Origin: a virus
Taxonomy: Duplodnaviria; Caudoviricetes
IMG/VR virus record: IMGVR_UViG_2931714059_000002
Span: 1 to 64,000 of that record
Strand: one strand, 5' to 3'
DNA: 64,000 nt
This document shows, in pieces, positions 19,227 through 28,313 of this stretch (its first letter is position 1; each line of letters begins with the position of its first letter). The position numbers and the translations under genes are program-made. The notes under the pieces were generated by a model that was not told where the DNA came from, did not search any database, and worked only from the letters and a program-made list of their open reading frames with translations.

Positions 19227-19867
19227 CCGCCGTATCCATCACGGCAACCGGCGCCACAGGACTGTCCCCAGGCCAGATCGCCGAGCTGCGCGAACGGGCC
19301 CGCCACGAGGCTGGCCCTTTCGTAGACCCTCACCTCGCCCAGCGAATCCGCGTGCACAACGCGGAGTGGGCGTCCGCGATCCTCGGCCACCCATTCCCCG
19401 GCCAGCACCGGGTCACCTGGCCCGACCTGTACCTGCTGCACATCGCCGCCGAGGCAGAGCCGTCCCCTCCCCCGCCGCCGCTGGCAACCGCAGCAGCAGC
19501 CCGCCACCGCGCCGAGCGGGAAACCGCCCGAGCTGCCGTCGAGCAGGCGTACCGGCAGCAGGTCGAGGAGTGGGAGCAGTTGGCTGCCGGACTTGCCGAT
19601 CTCGGCGTCCGTGCCGAGGTCCGCCACAACTACACCTCGCACCGGCACCTTGACTGCTACCGCCAGGGGGGCGACCACATCTACCTGCTGGATGACCTGC
19701 ACATCGGCCGCCTTCAACGATCGGCCGGGCGTGTCCTGTGCTTCACGCCCAGCCGCGCCAAGGACCTCCAGGACTTTCCCGATGCCGCCACCGACGGCCG
19801 GCCACCGACCTGCCGCGCTTGCCTCACCACCGCGCGCCGCATCACCACACGAGGAGCAGTCACATGA
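19223..19867 (+). CDS. Hypothetical protein
   Basis: ATGA overlaps; ends PTCRAC. Confidence 0.7.
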   Translation: MTAVSITATGATGLSPGQIAELRERARHEAGPFVDPHLAQRIRVHNAEWASAILGHPFPGQHRVTWPDLYLLHIAAEAEPSPPPPPLATAAAARHRAERETARAAVEQAYRQQVEEWEQLAAGLADLGVRAEVRHNYTSHRHLDCYRQGGDHIYLLDDLHIGRLQRSAGRVLCFTPSRAKDLQDFPDAATDGRPPTCRACLTTARRITTRGAVT

Positions 19868-20424
19868 GCGGGCCCACTCTGGACGACGACCCGGCCGAGG
19901 TCACCGTAGACGGTGACGTCTGGTCCCGGATCGGCATCACCTCCAACGCCCGGCACCTGTATGCGCCCCGGGACCGTCGCCCGTGGGATCGCCGTGAGGC
20001 GACGCTGCCCGCGCTCGTCGCCGCCAGCCACACCGTGGTGCCCAGGCACCCCGCCGAGGCGGAAGTGGAGCAGCTGCGTCACCAGCTCCGCAGCCTCAGG
20101 GCGGACTACCGACGCGCGGTCGCCGAGGCCCGGGGCCGGAAGGAGTACGGCGAGCGCCTCGCGGCGCAGCTGGAGCAGCTCGGCCAGCCGGTGCATGAGC
20201 GCGAGGAGCCCGCTGCGGAACGGTCGGCCTCGCCCCGATACCCGCTGATGGTGCAGCTCCCCGGCGGGCGCGTCCGGCACGCCGCCCGACAGGCCCCCAA
20301 CGGCCGCGTGTCCACGCTGTGCGGCAAGGCCGGGCGCCCCATCAGCGACGGCTCCGAGCTCTCGTACTGCCGCGCCTGTGCGAGCCGGCCGAACCCCATC
20401 TCCCAGCAGTACGCCGGGACCTGA
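19864..20424 (+). CDS. Hypothetical protein with C-terminal Zn motif
   Basis: RH..TLCG..YCRAC. Confidence 0.65.
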   Translation: MSGPTLDDDPAEVTVDGDVWSRIGITSNARHLYAPRDRRPWDRREATLPALVAASHTVVPRHPAEAEVEQLRHQLRSLRADYRRAVAEARGRKEYGERLAAQLEQLGQPVHEREEPAAERSASPRYPLMVQLPGGRVRHAARQAPNGRVSTLCGKAGRPISDGSELSYCRACASRPNPISQQYAGT

Positions 20425-20426
20425 GC

Positions 20427-20810
20427 GTGCCGATCCGCCCCGAGCAGCGCGCCCTGTACCCGCCGGACTGGCCGGAGATCTCCCGCCGCATCCGCGCGGA
20501 CCGGGCCGCCTGGCGGTGCGAGTGCGACGGCCGGTGCGGCGTCCCCCACGACGCGGGGCGCTGCCCAGCCGTCCACGGCCAACCGAGCCCGCTCACCGGA
20601 TCAAGGGTCGTACTCACCGTCGCGCACCTCGACCACCAGCCGACCAACTGCTCCCCGGACAACCTCATGGCCGCCTGCCAGGCGTGCCACCTGCGATACG
20701 ACGCCGACCACCACCGGCAAACCGCCGCCACCACCCGCCGCGCCGCCATCGAGGCAGCCGGCCAGACCGCCCTCAACATCCCGCTCGGGCACCTGGAGAT
20801 CACCCCATGA
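20427..20810 (+). CDS. HNH endonuclease-like protein
   Basis: YPPDW..RCEC..VVLTVAHLDH..NLMAACQACHLRYD. Confidence 0.8.
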   Translation: MPIRPEQRALYPPDWPEISRRIRADRAAWRCECDGRCGVPHDAGRCPAVHGQPSPLTGSRVVLTVAHLDHQPTNCSPDNLMAACQACHLRYDADHHRQTAATTRRAAIEAAGQTALNIPLGHLEITP

Positions 20811-21952
20811 CGTACCCACTGGACGATGCCGACAGCGTGCAGCGCCTGGCGCTCAACGTCATCGCCGAACAGGCTGCCGAGACACAGACCCTGACCCGGG
20901 TCATCGGTCAGCAGGACAGCGACGACTCGGTCCGTGCCGGCATCCAGACCGCGATGCGCGGCATCGCCGCGGCGACGCTGCACCGCATCGCCGGCCAACT
21001 GCCCGACGCCACGCCAGCTCACCGGGAGTGGCTGGAGGAGCAGGCCGACGGCCTCCACCTGGACGTCACCGAGATCCTCACCGGCGCGTGGGGCACCCCG
21101 CCCGACGACCCGGACGGGGCGCCCAGCGAGGCGCCCACAGTCGTCACGGACCCCACCGCTCCGGACCAGGTCCTCGTCACCATCCCGGACCTGCGGTACC
21201 TGGAGACCGACGCCGGAACCTGGTCCGCGCAGATCGGCCTGTATCGGTACCACCTGCTCGCTCTGCGGGACGAGATTGACCGCTTCATCCCGCCGTCCGG
21301 CGCGGTGGCCGGCGCCCTCGCGCGCGAGCTGGAGCGCAGCACCCACCAGGCGGAGGAGTCACGGCGCGCCGTGACCCGCCTCGCCACGCTGATCCGCGAC
21401 TCTCAGCAGCTCCTCGACGTCGTCCAGGAGGACGGCAACGGCCGGTGGCTGTGGGGCGAGATCGAGGGCGCCCTGCGCCAAGCTGAGACGGCCGTTCAGC
21501 CCCTCGGGGGGGCGCTGCTGCCGCATCAGCTGCGGGATGAGCCCGAGCGTCTGGACCGGCGCTCACTGCCCGTGATGCCCGCAGACGACGAGACGGCAGT
21601 GCGCGATCGCGTGGCCGGCGGCGAGGGGCTGTCGCCGGAGCTGGCGCGCGCGCTGTGGCAGGAGCTGGAGCGCACCCGCGTTGAGCGGAGCGCCTGGATG
21701 CTGGAGGTGCAGCGTGCCGCTGCCGAGGAGCAGCGGCACGAGCGGTTCGAGGTGGCGGCCGGCGCTCGGATGCTCCAGCACATGACGGCCGAGGTCCAGC
21801 GGATGGCAGACCGGATGACGCCCGATCAGGTCGCGTCGCGCCGCGTCGCGTGGGAGCAGGCGCTGCCGGGCGCTGCTGGGAGCCCGTCCGAGTACCGGAT
21901 GGTCGAGATGCGGGCGGCGGCGTGGCGCGCGGCGCGCCCGGGGCTGTCGTGA
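20807..21952 (+). CDS. Hypothetical protein
   Basis: ATGA overlap; 381 aa. Confidence 0.7.
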   Translation: MTYPLDDADSVQRLALNVIAEQAAETQTLTRVIGQQDSDDSVRAGIQTAMRGIAAATLHRIAGQLPDATPAHREWLEEQADGLHLDVTEILTGAWGTPPDDPDGAPSEAPTVVTDPTAPDQVLVTIPDLRYLETDAGTWSAQIGLYRYHLLALRDEIDRFIPPSGAVAGALARELERSTHQAEESRRAVTRLATLIRDSQQLLDVVQEDGNGRWLWGEIEGALRQAETAVQPLGGALLPHQLRDEPERLDRRSLPVMPADDETAVRDRVAGGEGLSPELARALWQELERTRVERSAWMLEVQRAAAEEQRHERFEVAAGARMLQHMTAEVQRMADRMTPDQVASRRVAWEQALPGAAGSPSEYRMVEMRAAAWRAARPGLS

Positions 21953-22218
21953 GTCGGCCCTATCAGGAGACCGGTGAGGGCCTGCGCTGCCCGATCGAGG
22001 ACTGCACGGCCCGGGTCGAGGAGTGGGAGCTGCACGAGCACCTGGAGGACGAGCACGAGCGGGACGAGCTGATCGACTGTCTCGTCCAGCTGGCGCCGGA
22101 TCTGCCGTACCACCGCGATGTGGAGTGCGAGATGTGCGGCGCGTGTGGCGCTCGACCCGGTGATCACCCGCTGTGCGAGAGCTGCGAGACGCGCCAAGGG
22201 TGGCATTTCCGCGGCTGA
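21949..22218 (+). CDS. Zn-finger hypothetical protein
   Basis: CPIEDC..HLEDEH; CEMCGAC..CESC. Confidence 0.6.
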   Translation: MSRPYQETGEGLRCPIEDCTARVEEWELHEHLEDEHERDELIDCLVQLAPDLPYHRDVECEMCGACGARPGDHPLCESCETRQGWHFRG

Positions 22219-22227
22219 AATTAAGGT

Positions 22228-22261
22228 CGCCTCGCCCCCGGACTGTCCCGGGGGCGAGGCG
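22228..22261. terminator. Intrinsic terminator hairpin (U-rich tail on - strand)
   Basis: CGCCTCGCCCCCGG-N6-CCGGGGGCGAGGCG. Confidence 0.75.
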
Positions 22262-22264
22262 CTG

Positions 22265-22391
22265 TCGTGTGTGGGCGACGGGACCGGGGGCCACTCCGTC
22301 CCCGCGCAGTGGGCCCCGCCTGACTGCGGCACTGCCTGCGGGAGGGTCCGTTTGCACGGCCCCGACCTGTTCCCGGCTCCCGTCGCCACAC
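22265..22391 (-). ncRNA. Candidate structured ncRNA (multibranch)
   Basis: -10 TACGCT upstream; long closing stem; CCGT-GCAA-ACGG tetraloop; terminator downstream. Confidence 0.5.
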
Positions 22392-22443
22392 TGAGCGTAC
22401 CGGTCGTCACCACAAGCGCGCCTGGTTTCTGTGCCCTTGGGCG

Positions 22444-22519
22444 TGTCCGGACAGCATCCGGACAAGCTATCCGGGGCGCTCCGGACAAGGCGCGGACAAG
22501 CTTCTGATCTGCGAGGACA
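22444..22519. repeat. TCCGGACA repeat cluster
   Basis: TGTCCGGACA 22444; TCCGGACA 22457 and 22480; GCGGACA 22492; CTGATCTGCGAGGACA 22504. Confidence 0.8.
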
Positions 22520-22543
22520 TGGCGGGCAAGCCTATCCGGAGTA

Positions 22544-22589
22544 CGACACGACATGGTGCTTTGACATCACCATGCGATGTCGCAATACT
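22544..22589 (+). promoter_or_regulatory. Operator-flanked promoter P3
   Basis: TTGACA 22561-66, N17, AATACT; operators on both sides of -35. Confidence 0.85.
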
Positions 22590-22621
22590 TGACCCATCGC
22601 CACCCACCCAGGGAGAAACAG

Positions 22622-23176
22622 ATGACTGCCAGCACCATCGCCGCCACCACCGTCCTCCGCGCGCTGGCCGCCGCTGGCATCACCGACCCGGCCCGCACCG
22701 CGCAGGCCCTGGACGCCGCCGGCCTCCTCACGCCCACCGCCGACCCGGCTCCGGCTCCGGCGAGCATCGACATCACCGTGCTGTCGCTCATCGACGGATC
22801 CGTGCAGACCGTCACCCTGACCGACTACTACACCCAGGACATCGACGGCGAGCACAAGATCGCTGGCCGTGTGGACGCCGACGAGGCAGTGATCGGGCCG
22901 GTCGTCATCAAGGTGACCCTGCCCGACGGCACGCGCATCTTCCGGTCGGCCGAGTCCCAGATGACGAAGTTCGGCTTCGGGCGCCCCTACCTGGCCATGC
23001 GGTCGCACAGCGCGACCGGGCCCGCGAGCGAAGCGTTCGTTCTCGGCTACAACACGGCGCTCGGGGCCGTGGAAGAGACCCGGTCGACCTACCGCCGCGC
23101 GCAGCTGGACATCAACCGCATCGGGCGGAGTGAGCACGCCACCGACTTCACCCTCATCTTCCCTCGCCTCAGCTAG
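22622..23176 (+). CDS. Hypothetical protein
   Basis: RBS AGGGAG. Confidence 0.7.
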   Translation: MTASTIAATTVLRALAAAGITDPARTAQALDAAGLLTPTADPAPAPASIDITVLSLIDGSVQTVTLTDYYTQDIDGEHKIAGRVDADEAVIGPVVIKVTLPDGTRIFRSAESQMTKFGFGRPYLAMRSHSATGPASEAFVLGYNTALGAVEETRSTYRRAQLDINRIGRSEHATDFTLIFPRLS

Positions 23177-23269
23177 CCAGCCTGCCGCCGGACTGGCGGA
23201 CAAGGGGCGCCAGCGCCCTGAGCTGTGCGGATGGGTGTCCGGACCGTCCGGACACCCATCCCGGGAATG

Positions 23270-23315
23270 CGACACGAGATGGCGATTTGACATCGCCATG
23301 TGATGTCGCAATGAT
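23270..23315 (+). promoter_or_regulatory. Operator-flanked promoter P4
   Basis: ATGGCGAT-TTGAC-ATCGCCAT; TTGACA 23287, N17, AATGAT. Confidence 0.85.
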
Positions 23316-23345
23316 GGGCACATCGACACCACCTAGGGAGATCCG

Positions 23346-23540
23346 ATGGCACGCACCGACCACCACGGCCCCCGCCAGATCCCCACCCGCACCGCGCTCT
23401 ACCGCGCCAGCCCCGGCGTCCGCACCCGCCACCAGCGCGCCGCCCACAAGCAGAACCGCCAGGGCGCCCGCCTCGCCCTCCGCCAGGGCACCGAGCCGCC
23501 CCGAACACAGCGCCGCCGCGTGGACTGGGACGTCACCTGA
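23346..23540 (+). CDS. Small basic protein
   Basis: RBS AGGGAG; RAAHKQNRQGARLALRQG.EP..WD. Confidence 0.65.
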   Translation: MARTDHHGPRQIPTRTALYRASPGVRTRHQRAAHKQNRQGARLALRQGTEPPRTQRRRVDWDVT

Positions 23541-23604
23541 GAGCCCGGACAAGCACCTGACCTGCACGGACAAAGACCGGACAACACCTCACCTGGGAGA
23601 GACC

Positions 23605-23841
23605 ATGAAGATCGACGACACCTACGACACCTACGAGACCACCGGCCAGCTCCTGACTCGGATCATCGAGGGCCCCGCCACGGTCGAGGATGTATGGCTG
23701 CTGGTCATCGTGCGCGGCGAGAACCTCCGGACGCTCCACCACATGAAGCACGTCGCCAACCAGCACGGCATGCCGGCGCTGCGGAAGCTCATCCGGGACT
23801 TCGGACGCTATGAGGCCCGGCGGATCGCCAAGACCTGCTGA
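23605..23841 (+). CDS. Hypothetical protein
   Basis: RBS GGGAGAG. Confidence 0.6.
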   Translation: MKIDDTYDTYETTGQLLTRIIEGPATVEDVWLLVIVRGENLRTLHHMKHVANQHGMPALRKLIRDFGRYEARRIAKTC

Positions 23842-23847
23842 CTGCAC

Positions 23848-23900
23848 CCTCAACGACTGATGCCCGACCCCTTCGCGGGGTCGGGCATCAGTCGTTGAGG
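23848..23900. terminator. Bidirectional terminator (24-bp perfect stem)
   Basis: CCTCAACGACTGATGCCCGACCCC-TTCGC-reverse complement, between convergent genes. Confidence 0.85.
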
Positions 23901-24034
23901 CGCGGTCGTTCCTGGCTCACATCGCACGCCTTGGCTATGAGGTACTGCGCGATGGAGTCAGATTCACTATCGACCTGTTCCGCACCCAGGGCGCCCCCCT
24001 CGGAGCGAAGGACGCGGGTGCGCACGGCGAGCAC
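23888..24034 (-). CDS. Possible 48-aa ORF downstream of the repressor
   Basis: RBS GAGAGG, GTG start; not in the ORF track. Confidence 0.35.
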   Translation of the reverse strand: MLAVRTRVLRSEGGALGAEQVDSESDSIAQYLIAKACDVSQERPRLND

Positions 24035-24058
24035 ATTACTACCTCTCGCACTGCCGGC

Positions 24059-24760
24059 CTACGCGCCCTCCTCGCGGCCGGCCGTCTCGCCGGCGGACGG
24101 CGCGTGCTCGACACGCCAGCCCTCCCGCGTCAGCATGCCCTCGGCCTGGAGGCGATCCAAAGCCTTGCCGACCACATCGAGTGACGCCCCGTAGGTCTCC
24201 GCGAGCTCGGCCGCCGGTGGCAGGGGCGTGCCGGCCGCTGCGTCGGCGTAGTCCCGGCGCAGCATCTGCACCAGATGCTCCGAGGTCACCCGCCACGGCG
24301 GCAGGCCGGCATCTCTCCGCATGGCGTCGATGTAGTTCTGATCGTAGGGCGCCGCGGCAGCCAGCTGCTTGGGCGAGACCTCCTGGGCCTCAATGAGGCG
24401 CAGCAGCTCGGCGTGCACCTCCGTGCGCAGTTCCTCCAGGCGATCCTGGGCCGCTTGGTGCGCCTGCGCCTTGCGCTTGACCTCCCGGATCGCAGCCTGG
24501 GACGTCATGTCCTCGGAGACGGCCGGCAGCCTACGCCCACTTTCGGCTGCGGACTTGGCCGAGCGCTCGACCGTCCGGCGCGAGTAGCCAGCCGCCTCAG
24601 CGAGGTTGCCGGTGGTGGCCGTACCGGCGATCTTGTGGGCGGCGACAGCGTCTTGGAGCGGCTTGCGGGTCTTTGTGATCTGGGTCTGGGCGTCCTTGAT
24701 CCGGCTGGTCAGGTCCCTGAGCGTGGCGAGGGGATCGGGGGCTCTCTGGGTGGTGGGCAT
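24059..24760 (-). CDS. Triple-HTH repressor (two HTH repeats plus GntR-like wHTH)
   Basis: LAEAAGYSRRTV, LAAAAPYDQNYI, LPPAAELAETYGASLDVVGKALDRLQAEG; probable leaderless start (CATCAT-N6-ATG). Confidence 0.75.
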   Translation of the reverse strand: MPTTQRAPDPLATLRDLTSRIKDAQTQITKTRKPLQDAVAAHKIAGTATTGNLAEAAGYSRRTVERSAKSAAESGRRLPAVSEDMTSQAAIREVKRKAQAHQAAQDRLEELRTEVHAELLRLIEAQEVSPKQLAAAAPYDQNYIDAMRRDAGLPPWRVTSEHLVQMLRRDYADAAAGTPLPPAAELAETYGASLDVVGKALDRLQAEGMLTREGWRVEHAPSAGETAGREEGA

Positions 24761-24766
24761 GCGGGC

Positions 24767-24848
24767 ATGATGCCACAGTGCGACACGGCATTGCGACATC
24801 ACATGGCGACTTGACATTGCGACACAACATGGCGATTATGGATGTCAA
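24767..24848. promoter_or_regulatory. Divergent promoter region P5 with three operators
   Basis: CGACA-N5-TKGCG at 24781, 24794, 24820; TTGACA 24811, N17, GATTAT. Confidence 0.85.
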
Positions 24849-24881
24849 GCGTAAGTCGCATCCAGCGCCGAGGGGACCACC

Positions 24882-25463
24882 ATGCGCATCACCGCCCGCC
24901 AGACCACCGCCCGCACCGAGACCGACCTGACCCGCGCCATCGAGCGCGAGCAGCCCGTCACGGTGACTTACCTGGCGGAGGAGACGCGGGACGTGATCGC
25001 CGTGGACTCCACCGGCCAGGCCGCGCGCCGCACCGTCAAAACCGGCGGCCACGTGGAGATCGTCCGCACCATCGAGCCGCGCGACCGCATCACCACCCGC
25101 GCCGGACACACCGTCATCAAGGCGCTGTGCCGCAAGTCCGGCGGGCACCGCAGCTACCGCCTTGACCGCCTCGTGTCCTACACCGTGCACCGGGGCACCC
25201 ACCTCATCGCCGAGCCCGCCCCGCGCACGGCCCGGACGCTGGACGACATCTCCACGGGCTGCACCCTCGGGCACGGCAAGCACCGCTACACCGTGACCGC
25301 CAACGGCACCCCCGTGCACCACGGCACCGAGCCCGGCCCGGCCCACGCCGCCCTCGCGGGCGCCGGACGAAGCGCCCGGACCGTCGCCGCCGCCGAGGAC
25401 GGCACGTACTGCCTGGATGCCACCCGGCACATGACGGCGCGCGGCGCCCTCACGGACATCTGA
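24882..25463 (+). CDS. Standalone WYL-domain protein
   Basis: LTRAIEREQPVTVTY..VRTIEP..KALCRKSGGHRSYRLDRL; no HTH. Confidence 0.8.
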   Translation: MRITARQTTARTETDLTRAIEREQPVTVTYLAEETRDVIAVDSTGQAARRTVKTGGHVEIVRTIEPRDRITTRAGHTVIKALCRKSGGHRSYRLDRLVSYTVHRGTHLIAEPAPRTARTLDDISTGCTLGHGKHRYTVTANGTPVHHGTEPGPAHAALAGAGRSARTVAAAEDGTYCLDATRHMTARGALTDI

Positions 25464-25486
25464 CACAGAATCAGGAGAACCACCCC

Positions 25487-25897
25487 ATGCGAATCAGCCC
25501 TCACACCCCCTACGTCCAGGCCGTCGCCGAGGCCCTCGCCGCCCTCGAGCTCCCGCAGCCCGACGCCGTCACCCTCCACACCGCCCAGGCCGCGTACCGG
25601 GAGGTGCACACCGCCGAGCTGATGTGGACCCGCCCGTCCGCCCACTGGCCGACGCAGCTGCGCGTCGGCTGGCACTCCGGGTACGGCTGGTACGCCACCT
25701 CCGGCCGCGCCGTACACCACCGGGCACGCCTGCACACGATGCTGGCGGGAGACCCGGGCGAGGTCGCCGACACCATCCGGCACCTCATCACCTACGGCCC
25801 CGCGTCCCGCCTCACCACGATCGGGCTCGGCCTGTGGGAGCACTCCGAGGCGCTGACCGGCGAGCGCCTCGCCGACGAGCTGGACGCGTACCTGTGA
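25487..25897 (+). CDS. Hypothetical protein
   Basis: RBS AGGAG. Confidence 0.65.
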   Translation: MRISPHTPYVQAVAEALAALELPQPDAVTLHTAQAAYREVHTAELMWTRPSAHWPTQLRVGWHSGYGWYATSGRAVHHRARLHTMLAGDPGEVADTIRHLITYGPASRLTTIGLGLWEHSEALTGERLADELDAYL

Positions 25898-26372
25898 GCG
25901 CCGCATTCCGGGCGAGCCTCCGGCTCCTGACCATCGTGCGCAGCGCCGACGGCGGCCCCGACCGTCGGACCTCGGTCGCGGACGCGCGGATCGCGCTCGC
26001 TGCCGCGCGCGGCCTGCTGGACGAGGTGTGCCCCGCCAGCGGGATGCGGACCTCGGAGGCCGCGTGTCGCATCGTGGCCGGCGAGTGGGCGGAGCTGCTG
26101 GCCGACGGCCGGCCGCCGTCCCAGCACCGGCGGATCCGGTACGGGCGGGTACGGCAGCTGTGGGCGAGCGGCACCCCGAGCTGGTCGCCGCGATCTGGCC
26201 GGAGCTGCCGCCCGAGCCGGACCTGGACCTGTGCAGCGTCTGCCGTGACGAGGACTGCACGCGGCCGTGGGCCGCCGCCTCGTCCATCTGCATGACTGCT
26301 GGCTGCTACGCCCCGCACGACGAACACCGGGACGACGACGAGGGCACCACGTGCCGTGCGTTCCGGCTCTGA
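25894..26372 (+). pseudogene. Hypothetical protein with probable frameshift near 26165
   Basis: Coding-like frame switches from ..RVRQLW to ERHPELVAAIWPELPPEPDLDLCSVC. Confidence 0.5.
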
Positions 26373-26468
26373 CCGCCGCCCGGACTCTCTGTCCGGACAG
26401 CTCGGGATAACTCCCCGGACAACCCACCTGACCTGCAAGGACATTGCCCGGACACCCATCCCGGAGTG

Positions 26469-26514
26469 CGACACACGATGGTGATTTGACATCGCCATGT
26501 GATGTCGCAATACT
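26469..26514 (+). promoter_or_regulatory. Operator-flanked promoter P6
   Basis: TTGACA 26486, N17, AATACT; near copy of P4 cassette. Confidence 0.85.
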
Positions 26515-26544
26515 TGATCCATCGACACCGACAAGGGAGATCCG

Positions 26545-26796
26545 ATGACCGCCGCCGTCCTCGCCGCGAACACCGCCGCCGTCCTCGTCATCGCGATCGC
26601 CCCCATCGCCGAGGAGGCCGACGAGACCCCCCAGTGCTGGGACTGCGGCGCCGAGACCCCCGACGGCGTGGACGAGGACACCGCCCGGGACGAGCACGAG
26701 TGGGAGCAGAGCGAGGAAGACGGGCACCTCCGCTGCGACATCTGCGCCAACCCGGACGGCCCCGCCCACCGGTACGACCGCGCCTACTGGTGCTGA
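26545..26796 (+). CDS. Small acidic Zn-finger protein
   Basis: CWDC..CDIC; RBS AGGGAG. Confidence 0.65.
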   Translation: MTAAVLAANTAAVLVIAIAPIAEEADETPQCWDCGAETPDGVDEDTARDEHEWEQSEEDGHLRCDICANPDGPAHRYDRAYWC

Positions 26797-26856
26797 CCCA
26801 CCAACCCCGCCCGGCCCCACCAGGGGCCGGGCCCCACGCCCCCGGAAGGAAGACGG

Positions 26857-27087
26857 ATGAGCCTCACCTATCTGCCCGCCGCCCAGATCATCCCGGGCGA
26901 CGTGATCTACACCGACGGCCGCCGCACCGCGCTGGTACTCGCCGTCGAGGCGGACGCTCAGAAGCCCGGCCGCGTGCTGATCTCCGTGGGCTGGGAATCG
27001 CCCATCACCCTCGCCCAGAGGGCCGTCATCGCCGTCGCAACGCTCCACCCGCGCACCAACCCCGGCCCGCAGCCACTGACCACCTGA
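26857..27087 (+). CDS. Small beta-rich hypothetical protein
   Basis: AAQIIPGDVI motif; RBS. Confidence 0.6.
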   Translation: MSLTYLPAAQIIPGDVIYTDGRRTALVLAVEADAQKPGRVLISVGWESPITLAQRAVIAVATLHPRTNPGPQPLTT

Positions 27088-27198
27088 CCGGGGCGTCCGG
27101 CCCCCTCCCTGCCGGACGCCCCACCCCAGGGCCTGCCCCGGACTCCCACCCCTCCCGGGGCGGGCCCACCCACACCCACCACCTCACGAGAGGCCAGC

Positions 27199-28242
27199 AT
27201 GACCAACACCGAGACCCGCAACGCCGTCAGCATCCTGGGCGGCAGGGTCCACCAGTCGATCGACATCCACGGCACCGCGTCGGCCTGGCCGTGGTGCCGC
27301 ACCGGCACACAGGACAGCGCCGGCACCCGGTACCAGTTCACCGACAAGCCGGTGACCTGTCGGAACTGCCTCATGTACATCGCCCGCCGCGCAGAGGCCG
27401 CGCGCCTGGCCGCCGCGTCGCCTCTCGCCGCCGCCGCGTACCAGCTCGGGCGGACCGTGGAGGACACCAACGCCGAACGGGCCAAGGCACCGACGCAGCC
27501 CACCCGCACCGGCCCCACCTACACGGAGGGCGACCGCATCAGCGTGCCGCGCGGCCCCGCCAGCGTCATCAGCCACGTCCGGGGAGAGGTCGCCTACAGC
27601 CTCGACAGCCAGGGCGGCGAGTGGTTCATCCCCGAGGACTCCCCCGACCTCCGCCCGCTTGAGAACGAGTCGCCGGCCACCACGGACCCGCGCCCGGTCA
27701 TTGAGGGCGTCATCGTGGAGCACTCCGGCACCGCCCAGGGGAGCCGCCCCGCCGACGCCACGCACCCCGACGTGATCGCTGCCCGTGCCGCGTTGGACGG
27801 CAACGCCGTAGCGACTATGACGGACCACCACGACACCACCGAGCCGACCGGCGCGGAGCAGCAGGTGCGCGGGTACCTGATCGAGCCCCGCAACCCGGGA
27901 ACCGTCCGCGTCTACTGGCTCGAGGGCGGCACCGTCGTGACGCGCGAGACCTACCTCCACGGCGCCGCCCTCGACGGCCTCGCCGACCGGCTGACCCGGC
28001 GGGGATGGCACGTGTGGCCGCTCACCGCCGCCTCGAAATGCGTCATCGCCGACCGCCCCGCCCCGGCTCCCACGAAGCCCGACATCCCCATGTCCGTCGG
28101 CTACGTCAACCGCCGCGATGGCGAGGAGTGCGCGCAGATCGAGATCAGTGGCGCGGACCTGGCCGCGCTCACCGCCGGGGACCGGGAGGCCGTGGAGCGG
28201 CTCCGGGTCGTGATTGCCGAAGCCGCAGCCCGATTCAACTGA
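27199..28242 (+). CDS. Hypothetical mosaic protein
   Basis: RVH..PWC..VTCRNC N-terminus; RPVIEGVIVEH. Confidence 0.7.
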   Translation: MTNTETRNAVSILGGRVHQSIDIHGTASAWPWCRTGTQDSAGTRYQFTDKPVTCRNCLMYIARRAEAARLAAASPLAAAAYQLGRTVEDTNAERAKAPTQPTRTGPTYTEGDRISVPRGPASVISHVRGEVAYSLDSQGGEWFIPEDSPDLRPLENESPATTDPRPVIEGVIVEHSGTAQGSRPADATHPDVIAARAALDGNAVATMTDHHDTTEPTGAEQQVRGYLIEPRNPGTVRVYWLEGGTVVTRETYLHGAALDGLADRLTRRGWHVWPLTAASKCVIADRPAPAPTKPDIPMSVGYVNRRDGEECAQIEISGADLAALTAGDREAVERLRVVIAEAAARFN

Positions 28243-28313
28243 CCAGCCCGCCCGGTCCCCATCACGGGGGCCGGGCCCGCCCAACCGCCCAACCATTCCC
28301 AGGGGAACCGCAC

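Noticed and set aside
18521-19869. Repeat pair as DGR template and variable regions
   Set aside because: Mismatches are not adenine-specific, are mostly synonymous, and no reverse transcriptase is present in the window
22444-26547. Repeats as a CRISPR array or integron attC sites
   Set aside because: No regular repeat-spacer period, no cas operon and no intact integron integrase; the repeats are explained as promoters and operators
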